Of a DNA stretch of 64,000 bases, positions 12,761-26,190 are shown in pieces (the first letter of the stretch is position 1; every line of letters starts with the position of its first letter). The stretch lies in assembly GCA_047967505.1 (NCBI GenBank), contig CM106538.1, one strand, 5' to 3'. The position numbers and the translations under genes are program-made. Below the pieces are notes generated by a model, which saw nothing but the letters and a program-made list of their open reading frames with translations, searched no databases and had not been told where the DNA came from. Source of the DNA: Dipteris shenzhenensis (lineage: Eukaryota).

Positions 12761-15700
12761 GGTCTATTTGTGCATAGGAGGCCTCACATATTCAGTTTTG
12801 AATTAGTGAAGCCAATTGTACACATGTTCCCACCAATTTGTAGGGCTGAGATGATGGTGAATTGATACAAGGAATCAATTGTATGATATTTAAGCCATCC
12901 CTTCAATTTGACCCACACATGCAAGCTGTGACTTTATTGAATATGGGCTGTCACCTCTTTCGTATTATACCAGAATATTGCCTCGACCAGGGATCCACTT
13001 TCGGATCATTTGACTGAGCTGTCGATTCTCGTACCCCTATAAATGGCTTCATGCAAAATTTGTTATTTGGTATTGGAAAACCATTGCCATGTAGATCTAC
13101 GATCCAGAAAGCCCCCTATGTGAGATCCTCCACAATCCGATATGGACTGTGATACCTCAATGTAAGCTTGCCTGGGAACCTTCTCAATCTAGAATTATAT
13201 ACCAATACCAGATCTCCCATTCAAAACAACTTGGACTTAATGTTCCAATTCTAGTAAATCATCCCGGATGCCTTCTAGAGATACCTCACCTGATTCCAAC
13301 CTACTCAGGTAATCCGCCACCAAGTGCTGGCTTCCTAGTGTATGCACTATCGTGTAGTCAAATTCTTGCAAAAAGATCATCCATCATGCCAATCTCCTGG
13401 TTGGTGGTTACACCTTATTTACCAAGTACAACAGTGCTTGATGATCTACATGAAATACAATCTTGTTTCTTAATAGGTAATGACGATATTTTCACAGAGA
13501 ATAAATCATTCCAAGACCTCTCTTTGTGACTGAATAGTTCCTTTCCACACTAGTGAGACTTGCATAGTACACTGGTTGATACTATCCCTTGCATCATTTC
13601 TGCAACAAGACTATGCCGATGGCAATGTTTGATGCATCCACAAACACATGGAAGTCTAGACTCCAATCCGATGACTGTAGTGCCGAGACAACTACCAGGA
13701 TCTTCTTCAACAACCGAAAAGCTTTCTCCTATTTTGGCCCCCAAATAAATGGAGCATCCTTCTTGGTTAGCTTGGTGAGAGGCTAGCAACATATGACAAA
13801 TACCAGAGAAACTGATTGTGCCACTTCACTTGACCCACAAATCTCTGTAACTCCTTAACATTCTGCGGGACCTTGGCCTTCTAGATGGCTTCCACTTTCC
13901 TGAGATTTATTGCCATTCCCTCTTCTAAAATAATGTTACCTAGTAACATTCCTCTCTTTACTGCAAACACACATTTTGCTAGGTTTAAGATTAGCTTGGT
14001 GCTTCTGCACTTCTCAAACCACAACCGCAACTGATCTAGGTGCCCAGCCTTCTTTCTGAACATGTTGAAGTCATCAAGGAACACCTGCATGAATGTGGTT
14101 AGATATGGTTCAAAGACCTTCTGGATTTATGACTGGAAGATTGGTGGTGCATTCTTCAATTCAAATGTCATGACGTTGCTGGCATACACTCCCCATTCAA
14201 TGACAAACATTGTTTTGTCTTTATCTTCCTCAGCCATCTGTATCTGATTATACCCACTAAAGCCATCCCAAAAACTATACATTTCATGCCCTACCATCGC
14301 ATCTTGTAGCATATCACAAAAAGGTAAAGGAAATGGATCCGTGATCATCGCTGCATTTAGCTTCTTGTAACCCTTGCTGATCTAGAGCTTCCCATTTTTC
14401 TTTGGCATGATTACAATTGGCGATAGTCATGCGACTTTATCTATTGGATAAATGAATCCTACCCTCAACAGCTTGTTTATCTCCTTCTTCATGTACTTTG
14501 CATAATTTGGGTTCATTCGAAACCGTTGCTGAATTACAAGCTTGGCATCTTTTTTTAGATTAATATGGTGAACACAGAGAGCTGGATCTACTCCCCTCAT
14601 ATATATATACTCCCATGTAAATACATCCTTATATTCTTGCAACAACTTCACCAATTCCTATTTGAATTTTCTAGTAGCAAATACACTCACCTTAATTGGT
14701 TTTGGTTCTACCTCTGTCCCTAGGTTGAACTCTTCCAAGTCTTCTTCTTTCACCCTCAATATTCTCTACATTTGATCCTCATACACCGATTTAGCTTTCA
14801 AGATTAGTTCCTCTCCATATTTCTAGTATAGTGCAATCTCCCCCTCATTTGGTTCAGCATTTGGGATGGCAGGGTGGTCCTCTTCTAATTCAAATCCCTC
14901 ATCTGGTGTTGGATCTTCCACTGTAACTATGCACACTGCCGTGACAGGTTGTTTAACCTTGCCGCTTTGCTGGATGATTGCTTCCACGTCTATCTCAAAT
15001 AGTTTCAAGAATTATGCTCTGATCCACCATGCGAACCTGAAAATGGGGTAGGTTCCAATCCGAAAAGTCCCAACCGCTTGAACATGTATTGTGGTAGAAT
15101 GTTGACCCTCAGATCTCCCATCTAGCAACACATTTGTCAGATTTTGACCTTGGTATTGAACTTTTACTCCAGTGGCACCATGTAATCCACATCCTCAAGC
15201 TCTGCCCAGCATATAATTGGTGCCTCCCTCTCTAATAGACTTGGTGGTATAATTCCTGAGGTTGGAACTCTAGGTGGGGCCACATCAAATTTGCCACTAG
15301 CCCTCTCCTTACTTCCGAGACCATCCACAACAGGTGCTCCACTGGAATCTTTACTTCCGCCTTCTTAAGGGCCATCAACAATGCTTTCGAAAATTTCTCC
15401 AATCTGGGAGTTTTGTCTTGATTCCGATCTATAGGGTTTACTTTCATGTCCTTCTCTAGCTTTGCACTAGCTATGAGAGAAGAGCATCCGGGTTCCCATT
15501 CTGATGTGATTGATTGGTGTTCCACTTATTGTTGCCCATCTACTTGCATTTTCTCAATTTGCTTTAATGTCATCATTTGGACCTCCTCTTGGTCCTTCCA
15601 CTTCAGAAGTTTCTCCTTCTTTGGTTGCTATTCCTCTACACGTTCTTGAACTGGACCGTTGGATTGTGTTATACACGTTGATCTTTTCTGGCTCCTTATG

Positions 15701-16917
15701 TGAAAATCCTCCCTGCTTTGTGCATGTTGAGTACTCGCATTGCCACCATTTGAAAACCTGTGTTGTGGATTTGGTTCGACACATGGAGGTATCCCCCAAT
15801 TCTTCAATCAATACTGCATTTGTTTGTGTTGCTGGTTGGTCCTATGGAGGTGTTGGTGGCAGTGCATGATCTGCAAACCTTGCTTCATTCAATGTGTGCA
15901 CCATAGTGGGTAGTTCGAGCCTTGTATGTGTTCGTTCTCCAAATAGTACTTGCAGTCTTTATCTATGCTAGAATTTTGTTGGCCCCAAACTGCTTGCGGG
16001 TTCCAATTCCCCCTCTGGCTTTAGTTGCCTCTTTGATTCCAATTATTCCTTTTCTGAATTTGGGCCATGTTTTGTGCCGCTGGGAGGGAATGAGGGGGGA
16101 AGGAGCCTAAATAAGGTGGGGGAAAATCCAAGCTCACCCCCCAAAACCTTAATCACTCTCCCCTACCCAAGCTTTGAGATTCAGAGTGGAGCTTTAGAGT
16201 GGTCTAGGCTTTTTAGGGCCTTGTAGCAAAAGGTGCCTTTGGTTTGGCTTATACTCTTAGAGGGCCTCCTCACATTCCTACCAACGGGAAAAATAGGGAA
16301 AGCTATTGCTGGCAATAATGATGAAGATCGAAAGAGTACATGTGGCAACTCCAATAGAGCTTGTTCTCAGCATCTTGTGTACCCTTGTGTAATGTGAAGC
16401 TAATCCCAATAAACAATGAATTTAAGGACTGGGCATTGCAACTCTAAGCTAAATCTTCGTTGTTGCCCCTCAATCCAAAGACTCTAACATAGAGATGTAG
16501 CTACTTGTCAAGCTAGCTCCTTTACTCCCCCTTTAGAGCTTCATGAGGATAATATACAAGTATCATGTTAGTAGAGGCGGATTGGCTAGTTCTTAGTAGC
16601 ACCTAAATGACTCTTGAGCTTTCGAATGGAAAGCTTTGTTTGTAAGAGATTTTCATTTTTCTTTTAAAATCTCATATATACTTACTTTGTATGAGGAAAT
16701 GGAAAATTTTACCATTTAGCCTTTTTCATTTGATTGGAATTCAGTGCGCTTGTAATTAACCAAAAAGCAACCAATGACAATGAAATCGTTGTCAATTTTA
16801 GGCCCCAAGCTATAGCCTATCATTTGTCATTGCCATAAGCAAGAACTTAACACTTATGTCAAGCATTCACGAAAAAATGAGGTTTAATGTCAGGTGAATG
16901 GCAAATTTTGGAAAGAA

Positions 16918-17010
16918 AATGTGAAAATATAAGGCTTTAAAACCTTCAAATGTGAAAACAAAAGGCTTTAAAACCTTCAAATGTGAAAACAAAAGGATTT
17001 AAAACCCCCC
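16918..17010. repeat. 31-bp tandem repeat x3
   Basis: aatgtgaaaa(t/c)a(t/a)aagg(c/a)tttaaaacc.. repeated three times. Confidence 0.85.
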
Positions 17011-17068
17011 AAATTTCAAGGCAAATTTACTATATTTTTGCTTTGAACTTTAAATATCAATAAAAACT

Positions 17069-17497
17069 CCTGGGGCGCCAACTTCCTTTAGTAAGAAAAC
17101 CTATCAAAATCTTGAGTATGAGATGAATTCAAAAATATGCCATGAGTAGAAATTATTCAAATTAACATAGTTATGTTCTACACTAAAAGAGCTTCAAATA
17201 TGTCTTTACACCTTGAAATTTGGGTAACACATGAAAAAGTTACATTAATTTGAAAGGAGATGGGTTTTCATATTTTAGTGTATTTTTTGTTTTACCCCCC
17301 CTCATCCAAAAGAACCCCCCCTTGGGCCTTACATATTATGAAAAATATGTACAAATCTTAAAATCTTGCATATTTTTCAAGGTATATACCTTATATTTTG
17401 TAGGTGGGGGGACATGAAATTTTCATATTTTTCCCTTGCATATTTGAAATTTTAAAAGAAAATCCATGCATATTATATATGCAGCTTGCCCCCCCCC
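17069..17497. mobile_element. MITE copy 2, lacking the right TIR
   Basis: Starts cctggggcgccaact and aligns with copies 1 and 3 up to ~17480. Confidence 0.85.
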
Positions 17498-17555
17498 AAA
17501 GTAAAAACTGTTGAAACTTTTCAGCATAAAAATTGTTCCTATGAATACTACATAC

Positions 17556-17772
17556 TATAGTGTTCACATAAAGCCGAGCTTTAATGTGCAGTGAATGGAA
17601 AATTATGAAAATTAATCTTTAAATTTGAAAATAGAAGAGGGCATTTTGGGCTTCTGCAAAAATCCAATAAAAATCTTTAAAACATTCAATAAAAATTTGA
17701 TAAAAACTTTTAATATTTTCAACTTGAATGTTTTGGTATCTTTGTAAGAAAATGCTTTTTGTGAACACTATA
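17556..17772. mobile_element. ~215-bp MITE, Tc1/mariner-like
   Basis: tatagtgttcacataaagc (17556) and gctttttgtgaacactata (ends 17772) are inverted repeats with 1 mismatch and a terminal TA. AT-rich interior. Confidence 0.65.
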
Positions 17773-17959
17773 CGGAACTATATACAAAACATTTTCATAT
17801 TCACTTGTAAAAAATATTTTCTAAATATAATATTTGTCACATTTTAAGCAATGTAGTTGTATTTTAGCCAAAAAAATCCACAAATTCTCAACAAAAATTT
17901 GAAACCCAAGTAAAATGTTTCCTGTGAAGTGTGAAGCTATGTCACTGGTTCATGAATGA

Positions 17960-20800
17960 TCATTGATGAGTAGTGGAGGATCAATCGACAACGGCAGTCT
18001 GCAGGCTAAATACGGCGGTGTGACTCGCGAGTTGCATCACTGAGCTTTTGATTCTTTCCCAAGTCGACATCAGCGCTCTGCGCTGAACTCAACGCAAAAA
18101 CTTTAGCTAAAAATGGTTGAAAGACATCTCACGGGAGAGATGACACCGCCTCTGATTGGAACTTGGAGGCTAAGCGTGATGGCGTCGAAATTTGGGCGTG
18201 GGGTATTTTCTGTAGACTCCAAAGCGTCCATTGACGTCAAAATTGGAGCAGATTCGCTCGCCGACTCTTTGGTTGGTTACTGGGATATGCCCAACAGCTC
18301 CAGGGGGAGCGGCTTCAAAAAAGACCTGCAAGGCTGCAGAAATTTGTACTGTAAAGCCATGGGAATCCGGACCTGTGGACGCCATTTCCACACACAGAAA
18401 GCAAGGGCGAGGGCCGAGGCCTGCAGCACCACAAGATCGCTGAGGACCAACGGATACGGCCCCGCCCTGGCTTCTGAAAAGCAAAACAAATTCAGTGCTT
18501 GAAAGTTGAAAGGCTACTTGGCCGCCCGTGCGTCTTCAGGGGGCAGTGGGCCTGCAACGGGGTGTCAAGTTGGTGAGCTATCTCAAAAAGGCGCCTTGGA
18601 CAGTTGTCTACAATACTTCGAATCCAAAAATTCAAGGCCGCAGTCAGTTTACGTGGTACGCTGTAGAGCTATGGATGGTATTGCGCTGTAGAGCTGTAGA
18701 TGGTACTGTGTACAGCGTTGGTAAATTTCAAGAATTGTAGTAGTCTGACTCTCTCTCAGCTCTAACGGGCTGTGCTAGATAATTCGAATCTATTCATGCA
18801 CTTGGCTAGATTGGAGCCTTTTTTGTGATAGATCATCGTAGTGCAGAAGTAATTTTTTGCAAAAGCTTACGGATTGATCTCTAGCGCAGGTTCTTGTACG
18901 TACTACGTTGCCCCTCCGAGCGTTGGATTGGTCAACTGCATGTTGCTTTATCCAGATCAACCGTGAGTCCGCGGCATCTCTCATGAAGAAGCCGATATCC
19001 AGATCGATCGTCAGTCCAGATCAACCGCAAGTCGTCCGCATCTGGGTGAATTCAAGAAGAAGATTTTCAGATCAACCGTCGGCCTCGGCCTGTCCAATGG
19101 TGATATCTACAAGAAAGATCAAGAGCGCCAAGTAAGTCCTGGGTATGGTGAAATATCGAACGGGCGGGGAGAATCGATGCCGAAGAGCAGTAGTAGTACT
19201 ACCTAGAGGGTCCCCTCACCCTCTGCATTGCTGCACTGCAGACTCACTCCACAGTCGACAGCTCATTTTGGTGAGCAATCCCTGACGATCCATCGCCGCC
19301 CTCTAGTCTAGAGTCGCGAATCCCAATCACTGCTTTGAGAGTGTCTTTGTGTGCCAACGAGACCATCCAGCTCGTTGCTCCTGAAAGGATTCAATGGCCA
19401 TTGGCATCTTGGCAAGGATGGAAGATGCGCTGTGGATTGGGGTCAGGCTCTCGTCGTCGGTTTTTGCTTTTGTGGAGGAGTGCAATCCTGACCACGAAAC
19501 GTAGAAATATATGTGCGGATCAGGTGGTTGATGCCCATGATCGCGAAGGCTCTGTGTGGATCAGGGTCCCCACTCCCACTGCAGAAGATGAACATCACTG
19601 ATGAACTGAGCGGAGCCTTTCCATCGCGAAGCAGCCGCCATTGTTTGAGCTTTTTGAGATTGTGGGTATTGGATAGATCAGGCGAGAGACGGCGATTGCT
19701 TCTCATCAGGATTCTTCGCCATAGCGTCGCTAGTGTGCATTGGTGGAAGGGAGAATGGATGTTTATGCCGTAACTACAGAAGAAGCAACTCCGCAAGCAG
19801 ATGGAGACGCAGATGGCGATGCCAATGCCAATGGCTGATATTTGCAGCTAGCTGCCATGTTCTATTCGATTTCTTCCACCATTCAATCATCAACCAGAGA
19901 ATCGATTTGCTTCTCTCCTGTTTGTCTCCGACCGGCGACAATCGATTGCTTCATCATCGACCACTAGCTGCTGTCAGTGTCCTCGCTGCTTTCTACAGGT
20001 AACTCCGACCGACACACCAATTTTCAAGAATTGTATCGTCCTTCTGGCTATTGCAATCTTGCGACTGCGCAAGAGTTCCGTCGTCGTTCAAGTTGCAAGA
20101 AAATTTGTTGTCCATTCGCGTGCAGTTCGTTTGTGGAGGATCGTTTGCCTTAGACAGTATCCGATTAGAAAACAAACAATCGTCGACGAGAAAACAATCG
20201 TTCCGGCCCTCCATGCAGCGCCGCTACACTCTCCCGTCTGTCTCTCTTTGCTTGCTGTCTCTTCGCGCTGTTGATCTTTGCTTCTCCATCGCCAGCATAA
20301 AACAGTCTAGATCACTGAATCCTTGTTCCCGGCGATGCCTGGATCGGTTGAAAGCCAGCTGCACGTTCATTGCAGGCAGCGTCAGTCCATCTCCAGCACC
20401 ATGAAGAGCTTCAATTTCGAGCTTTGCTTTGCTGTTTTCGAACGCCAAGCTTCAACACATCGAACGCGAAGCTTCAACACAGGACTTTGAGCTGCATATC
20501 CACACGTGCGCATACCTCCCCGCACGTGTGCATCTTTACCCAAGTTGAAGTTTCTTGGCAAGATATATTGATTCATTGTTGACTTGTTGATTTTGCAGCT
20601 TGCATGTCCCCCCGGATTCACTTCTCTTATGCTCGTCGCTTCCGAGGCGATAGGTTTTTTGCCTGGCTCCCTGTATGCCACTTACAGAGCTCTTCAAAGC
20701 GGTCGACGTGCTCTCTAGCTGGCATGCAGGGAGTCACGCAGAACCTCAAATCTCAATTGCATTCTAGACTCCTTGCAATTTTCGAGTGCAAGACCTCCTC
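17960..20800 (+). promoter_or_regulatory. CpG-rich non-TE island: probable promoter and primary transcript region of MIR160
   Basis: CG dinucleotides are retained, unlike the CG-depleted TE flanks. No convincing protein ORF. Ends in the miR160 hairpin. Confidence 0.55.
20644..20753 (+). ncRNA. MIR160: MIR160 precursor hairpin; mature miR160 at 20660-20680
   Basis: TGCCTGGCTCCCTGTATGCCA is identical to canonical miR160. The 3' arm TGGCATGCAGGGAGTCACGCA (20720-20740) pairs with 1 mismatch and 2 G:U. The stem extends with aggttttt/agaacct. Confidence 0.97.
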
Positions 20801-22079
20801 TGTAAGTCCTCTAATCCCTTCTCTTGTTTTAGTTTCCTTGCGTCAAGACCATCAAGACTTTGCTTGTCATGCCATTCAAAAAGGCTTGGACCTAATGCAT
20901 TGAAGTAATTACTCATCTAGTGAATTTTTATTGTGCTTAAAATGACCTATCTCATCTCTAGATATGAAAGCAAGTGAAAAACTGTAGAACGTTATAACAT
21001 ATGTCTTTATTTTACACTTGAAATAGAGTAAAGAATCTCTCTCTCTCTCTATATATATATATCTATCTAGAGAGAGAGAGAGAGATGCCCTCTTTCTCAA
21101 CAAAGTGTCTTCTAGCTACTTTTCTTTATTAATGTGGCTGTTAATGATAATTAGAGATAGAAGCACTAGATTTTCAAGACTATATACTAAGCCTTCAAGG
21201 TTAAAATAAGGCCTCACAAGGTCTTTTTAAAACAAATGTGGACACCTTAAATACCTGAATATCAAACAAGTCTTATCTTAAGTATAGTGTTGATTGTTAT
21301 AAACACCTTGATTAGCCACAAAAACTTCATCAATGAACCCATTGAGGGATTTCAAACACTTTGAGATAGAGAATGCTTATTGTGTTGTGAAAGTTAAATG
21401 AGCTAGGTGACAATTATATGTAGCTTTGTTTCTTGGCAATGTTTATCGATTAGATTATACTTCTCTTTACTAGGCACACATTGCCTTTCTTTTCCAGATT
21501 CAATAGATCCATCAAATGGACTTTCTATTCTTGTGAGACAGGCTAAGCTACTATTGACTTTAAGGTTAAAAGGAAGTTTTGAAGGGCATGCCGCACTATC
21601 AATGCCCATGGACCAAGTAATACTAGATTTAAGGGAGGATATTTACTCGATATTTGTGGCTTTTAATTAATTTTGAAATATCTTCTCGTTTCATCTTTTC
21701 CAACAAATGTTAACCATCAACCTCTTTTAAAAGTGAGGTTCTAGTTTCATGACACTATGTGACATGTTGTCTTTATTTAAGTAAAAATTGATGTTATTAA
21801 TATAAATGTTTCAAGAAGCTAAAGTCAATGACATTAACATGGTTTCTACTAGTAAATGTATAAAGCCCTTTTGATGGATCCACCTATTATATTGTGAATC
21901 TTGGAATCCTAAGGAGGCGTAGGGATCATTTTGCAAATGCAACATCTTAAACATTGAATGATTTGGTGGTGGAGAAGGTAAAATAGAATTACTTATGAAT
22001 TGATTAACTTATCATGTAGAATAGTTATAAAAGTACTTTGTGATGGCTTACATTGCAACTACAAGGTGCCATCTTGAAG

Positions 22080-22563
22080 TTCTTCTCCCAAGCTTGATTT
22101 AATTTACACTTACAATTTTTGTTTTTTCCCCTTTTTACATAGAAGTTTCAAATTCATTGATCTTGAAATTAATTAGGTAGGTTGAAAAGGACATTATATT
22201 CTAGAGTAAAACAAAGCATATAATTTCATAAATGGAAAAATAAGGAAACTTTTTAAGAAAAAGTAAGTAAACCTAATTCATGATTCTGAAAGGAAAATTG
22301 TCCTCACATTCTTCAGAGGATTTCTTCTCCCAAGCTTGATTTAATTTACACTTACAATTTTTGTTTTTTTCCCTTTTTACATAGAAGTTTCAAATTCATT
22401 GATCTTGAAATTAATTAGGTAGGTTGAAAAGGACATTATATTCTAGAGTAAAACAAAGCATATAATTTCATAAATGGAAAAATAAGGAAACTTTTTAAGA
22501 AAAAGTAAGTAAACCTAATTCATGATTCTGAAAGGAAAATTGTCCTCACATTCTTCAGAGGAT
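22080..22563. repeat. near-perfect 242-bp tandem duplication
   Basis: ttcttctcccaagcttgatttaatttacac...cttcagaggat at 22080 and 22322. About one difference seen. Confidence 0.95.
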
Positions 22564-23549
22564 TCACTCTTAAGTGTGCATGCAAGGAAAATAGGTTTTT
22601 TTTACTAGAGTCCTAACATATACAAGGGGAATTAGCTTGACTCTTAAGGAACTACCTATATATAACATACACTAAAAGAGTATCTTTATGAAGGATCACT
22701 CCATATGCAAGGGTTTTTTTTTCTTGGGGAGGTGGGTTGGGGAGAGGGGGTAGTTAGGGTACAAGCATACACATGATAGGATTCCCTGCCCTACAAGGCA
22801 ATTCCTTCTGTCACACCATTGTCCTAATAAGGAGATGAAGTTGTCAACGGTCTTTTTCCCTGTCCTCGAGTTGACTGGCTTGACTCCCTTGGTCGAGATT
22901 GGTACATACAATCTTTGAATGAATATTCTCTCTCTTGCAATCCGTGGGTTTCTATGTTGGGCTATGAGTGGTTATAGAAACAATTTAAATGGAAGACACG
23001 TCAAGGTAACTAGACACACCGAGCAAGTAGAGTGTATGAAGATAGGCATGGAATGCTCAAGACAAAAGAGACAGCAAAATTAGAGAAATCTAATGCCAAT
23101 TGTATCATAAGGTAGTGCCCTGATTACAACAGCTCATGGCTACATAGTTCATAATAGTTCCTCTTAGACATCAACTCGGGCTTACCTTCCCTACGCCTCG
23201 TTTGGTTTAGAAGCTCTATGAGCCCTTGAATTAACCTAGACTCTCTAACTTAGTCTCTAGATAGTCTCATTCCTCTCTTTATAGTCTCACAACATTAGGA
23301 AAAGTGAATCTTCTATCTAAATCGGAGTTAGTCGACCACCTAAGGGCTCACTGCCTTCTAAAACTATCCTAGCTAGCTTGCTATATGCCTTTTGCCATTG
23401 GAAATTACTGCTGAATTTCCACTTCCCTCCAAAATTTGGAGCTCATTACTCTCAACGTCATTTGTGTCCATGCCGTGCTTCCAAATCAGCTTGCTCAGCC
23501 GAGTTCTATGTTGCTGAGTTTAACCAAGGGTTAACACTTGCCTTGACTA

Positions 23550-26190
23550 GTCACTATTATTTGTGTTGCATCCTCATAGCTTGCCTCAATCAATACATTC
23601 GAGCCATTGCTTGAAAGATAGAGTACCTCCGATGGTGCGTCTTATGTCTAGAAGAATGTCATTTGTGTTTTCTTGGAGGAGCTCTACATTTAGACTGTGG
23701 CTCAAGTGGAGGGGACCTCCACTTCAGGGTGGGAATGAAACATCTTGCTTGAGGGTGTTGTTGTTGCTTTATCTACTCTATAGAAGTAAGGACAACTTGT
23801 CCTTAACTTGCTACATAGGAGGATCACAAGGAGGTGTTGGCCGTGGTGGAGTTGCCGCGGATGACACACCAGGGGTCTACTAGTCGATTTTTTGATAACT
23901 TGGAGCCTTTGGAGGCCATGGATATATTCCTGTGATATCTACCGATGACACTATTGGGGGGGATGCTCCTAAGAATCTATCCATTCGGACCAGCTCACCG
24001 AGGTCGAGGTGCATCAAAGCTTGGAAACATTGTGTTGTACTGGCAGAGGACCCATCCGTGTCAAAATCCACTGACCGGGTTGCTTAATGTGATGGAAATA
24101 TGGGTTATTCATAAGATGATGGGCAATGGCTCCTTGTTGAGCTTCAAAAGCATCCTATTGTTTGTAAGCCACAACTAAGAGCTCATTATCAAATGCACTA
24201 GTTGCCTACTCGTAGTGGCACCTGGATCCAGGAAGGTCGATTTGAACCAAATGTTGTGGGCATGCCGCCCCTATCCACCCACTCTTCTTCTATGAAAAAT
24301 AAGGGTTGAGGGGGAGTCAAAATGCGGATGCACTCAAAGATGACCTAGGTGTACTCCTTATAAGGATCCTTCTCTTTTGCAAAATGTGACTTATCCCTAT
24401 ACCCAAATCCCCGATAGGCACTAAGTCCTACTTCACGAGTCGAAGAGGGGACGTTTGAGGACTGGCGTTGACGTAACATGCTGCTTCTCCTAGCTTTGTA
24501 TCAGAATTTACAGAAAAGAGCTTTAGCCATAAATTTCTTTTCCAAAACTAGATCTACCTTGCCAGAGTGTGGAGTACCCTTTTTTGAACTTGTTGTGGTG
24601 GTTACTGGAATGGTTGTGGCTACACTTGCATTGCCACCTGCTCTCCAAACTCAGATTATCATTGCAACACTGGAAGTTCAAGCCCAACCACCTAACCCAG
24701 TGCCATCCCCTTCATCGTTTGGATCCTCCATCCTAGGAGGCAACCCTAGGTGTTCCATGGGCTGGTAAAGGTCTTACAACAACAGGGCTTGGATTTGTCA
24801 TAGCTTGGTGACCCTTTGCATCAAGATTGCATTTTCTTCAAGTGCATGTTGTAACTTGGCTTATGTATTCTTCAAGGCCTTGATCTACACCTCTTGCTGA
24901 ACCATGAGCCGTCTTTGCAAAGCAACAATATATTGGGCTACCTTATAAGCACTCATTATTTTGTTGTACTAGTGTAGAACACTTTCATGGTTAACTTTGA
25001 CGTGCTTGTGTGCTGCCTGAAACCGAGTGTATTTTTTGTATGTCTAATTTTCATGTTTTGTGAGGAGTTCCACCAAATCGTGGTACCAACTCCACATCTT
25101 GAGAACATGCCTCAAATATTTGTAGCACTTGTAGAATGGAGATTGTGGTGGTACCCATGTGTGTGCCACATGTGTGTTCTTCAGGGCTCCTCTTTTGAAC
25201 CATGAGCTGTTTTTGTGAGGCAATGGTATCCTAGACTACCTTCACATTACTTCTTTGTAATGGTGTAGAACCCTGTCATGGTCAACTCAGAGCTACTTGT
25301 GTGCTGCCAGAATTCGAGTATATTTTTCATCTATCTTCTTTTCTCATTCTGTGAGGAGTTCCACCAAATCATGCTGCCAACCTTTCATCTCACAAACATG
25401 CCTCAAATGTTCCTAGCCCTCATAAAATAGTGCTTGTAGTGGCACCCATGTGTGTGCGACATGATGGACTATTCAAGTAGCCTCCATCACGAACTCCCAC
25501 AGCTACTGCCAATGGTCAACTACTACCAGTGTGCTTGAGAGGTGTTCTGAATAGAAACAAGGGTTAATACCCTCATGTGGCGACATAGTCCAAGAAGAGT
25601 CCAAGGGGGAGGGAGTCAAGGTACTCACTGAGCTACTAGTGGGGATGACCCCAAAACTTGCCGAGGTAGCGGTTGTTATTTGTCATCCTCCTCCTCATCT
25701 ATGATTTGAATTTCCTTACTGTTGCTGGACTTATACTACTCCAAGTCATTGGTGGGTGCAACTAGAACTTTTGATGCACTTGCCCCCTAAGGCAGTCTTC
25801 TTGATCCAAGCTTAGGTGAAGCTGACATATGTGGGGGAGAAGTGTACCTTGGGGTTTGTAGGGGAAGTTTGGGGGGTAAACACCTATTGCTTGGGCTCGC
25901 TCTTTGATTTTTATGCAATGGTGGTGGCATGAGGGTCCTCCATAATCGACGTTAGTGCTTGTCAGCGAAGATGAGCCATCATTGAGCAAGTTTCTCATAA
26001 GAATGTCGGAATAGGAAAAGGTAATGGCCCAGCTCGTGACCCTATGACCACAACTTTGGACTCTTCTGATGTAGCTCTTGGTTTAGCTATTATGGTTGAT
26101 CCTCCTAGTTCATTTGTTGCTTCTTCCTTCTCCATGCCCATAGAAGTTTCTCTTGACCCACTCGGTGTTGTAGTGAGCATCAATTGTGGA
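23550..26190 (-). mobile_element. degraded retrotransposon accessory-ORF region with an internal 291-bp direct repeat
   Basis: Broken minus-strand frames (23880-24071, 25762-26183). Repeat units start gtgtagaac at 24972 and 25263 (period 291, a multiple of 3). Confidence 0.4.

Larger units (their letters stand above)
8570..16300 (-). mobile_element. Ty3/gypsy element of the non-chromovirus (Athila/Tat-related) type, degraded, boundaries approximate
   Basis: Protease-like NVLLDG (~15120-15140). RT DPFPLPF..YSFWDGFSGYNQI..QVFLDDF (13881-14654). RNaseH YRHYLLGNKIVFHVDHQALLYL (~13420-13490). Integrase C-terminus GDLVLVYNSRL..FPGKL..PYRI (~13130-13220), with the integrase core deleted. LTR-like non-coding block at ~8570-9280. 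Confidence 0.85.

Noticed and set aside
18113-18502. 129-aa ATG ORF and overlapping ORFs in the CpG island
   Set aside because: No recognisable domain. ORFs are open in several frames on both strands, as expected for GC-rich non-coding DNA.
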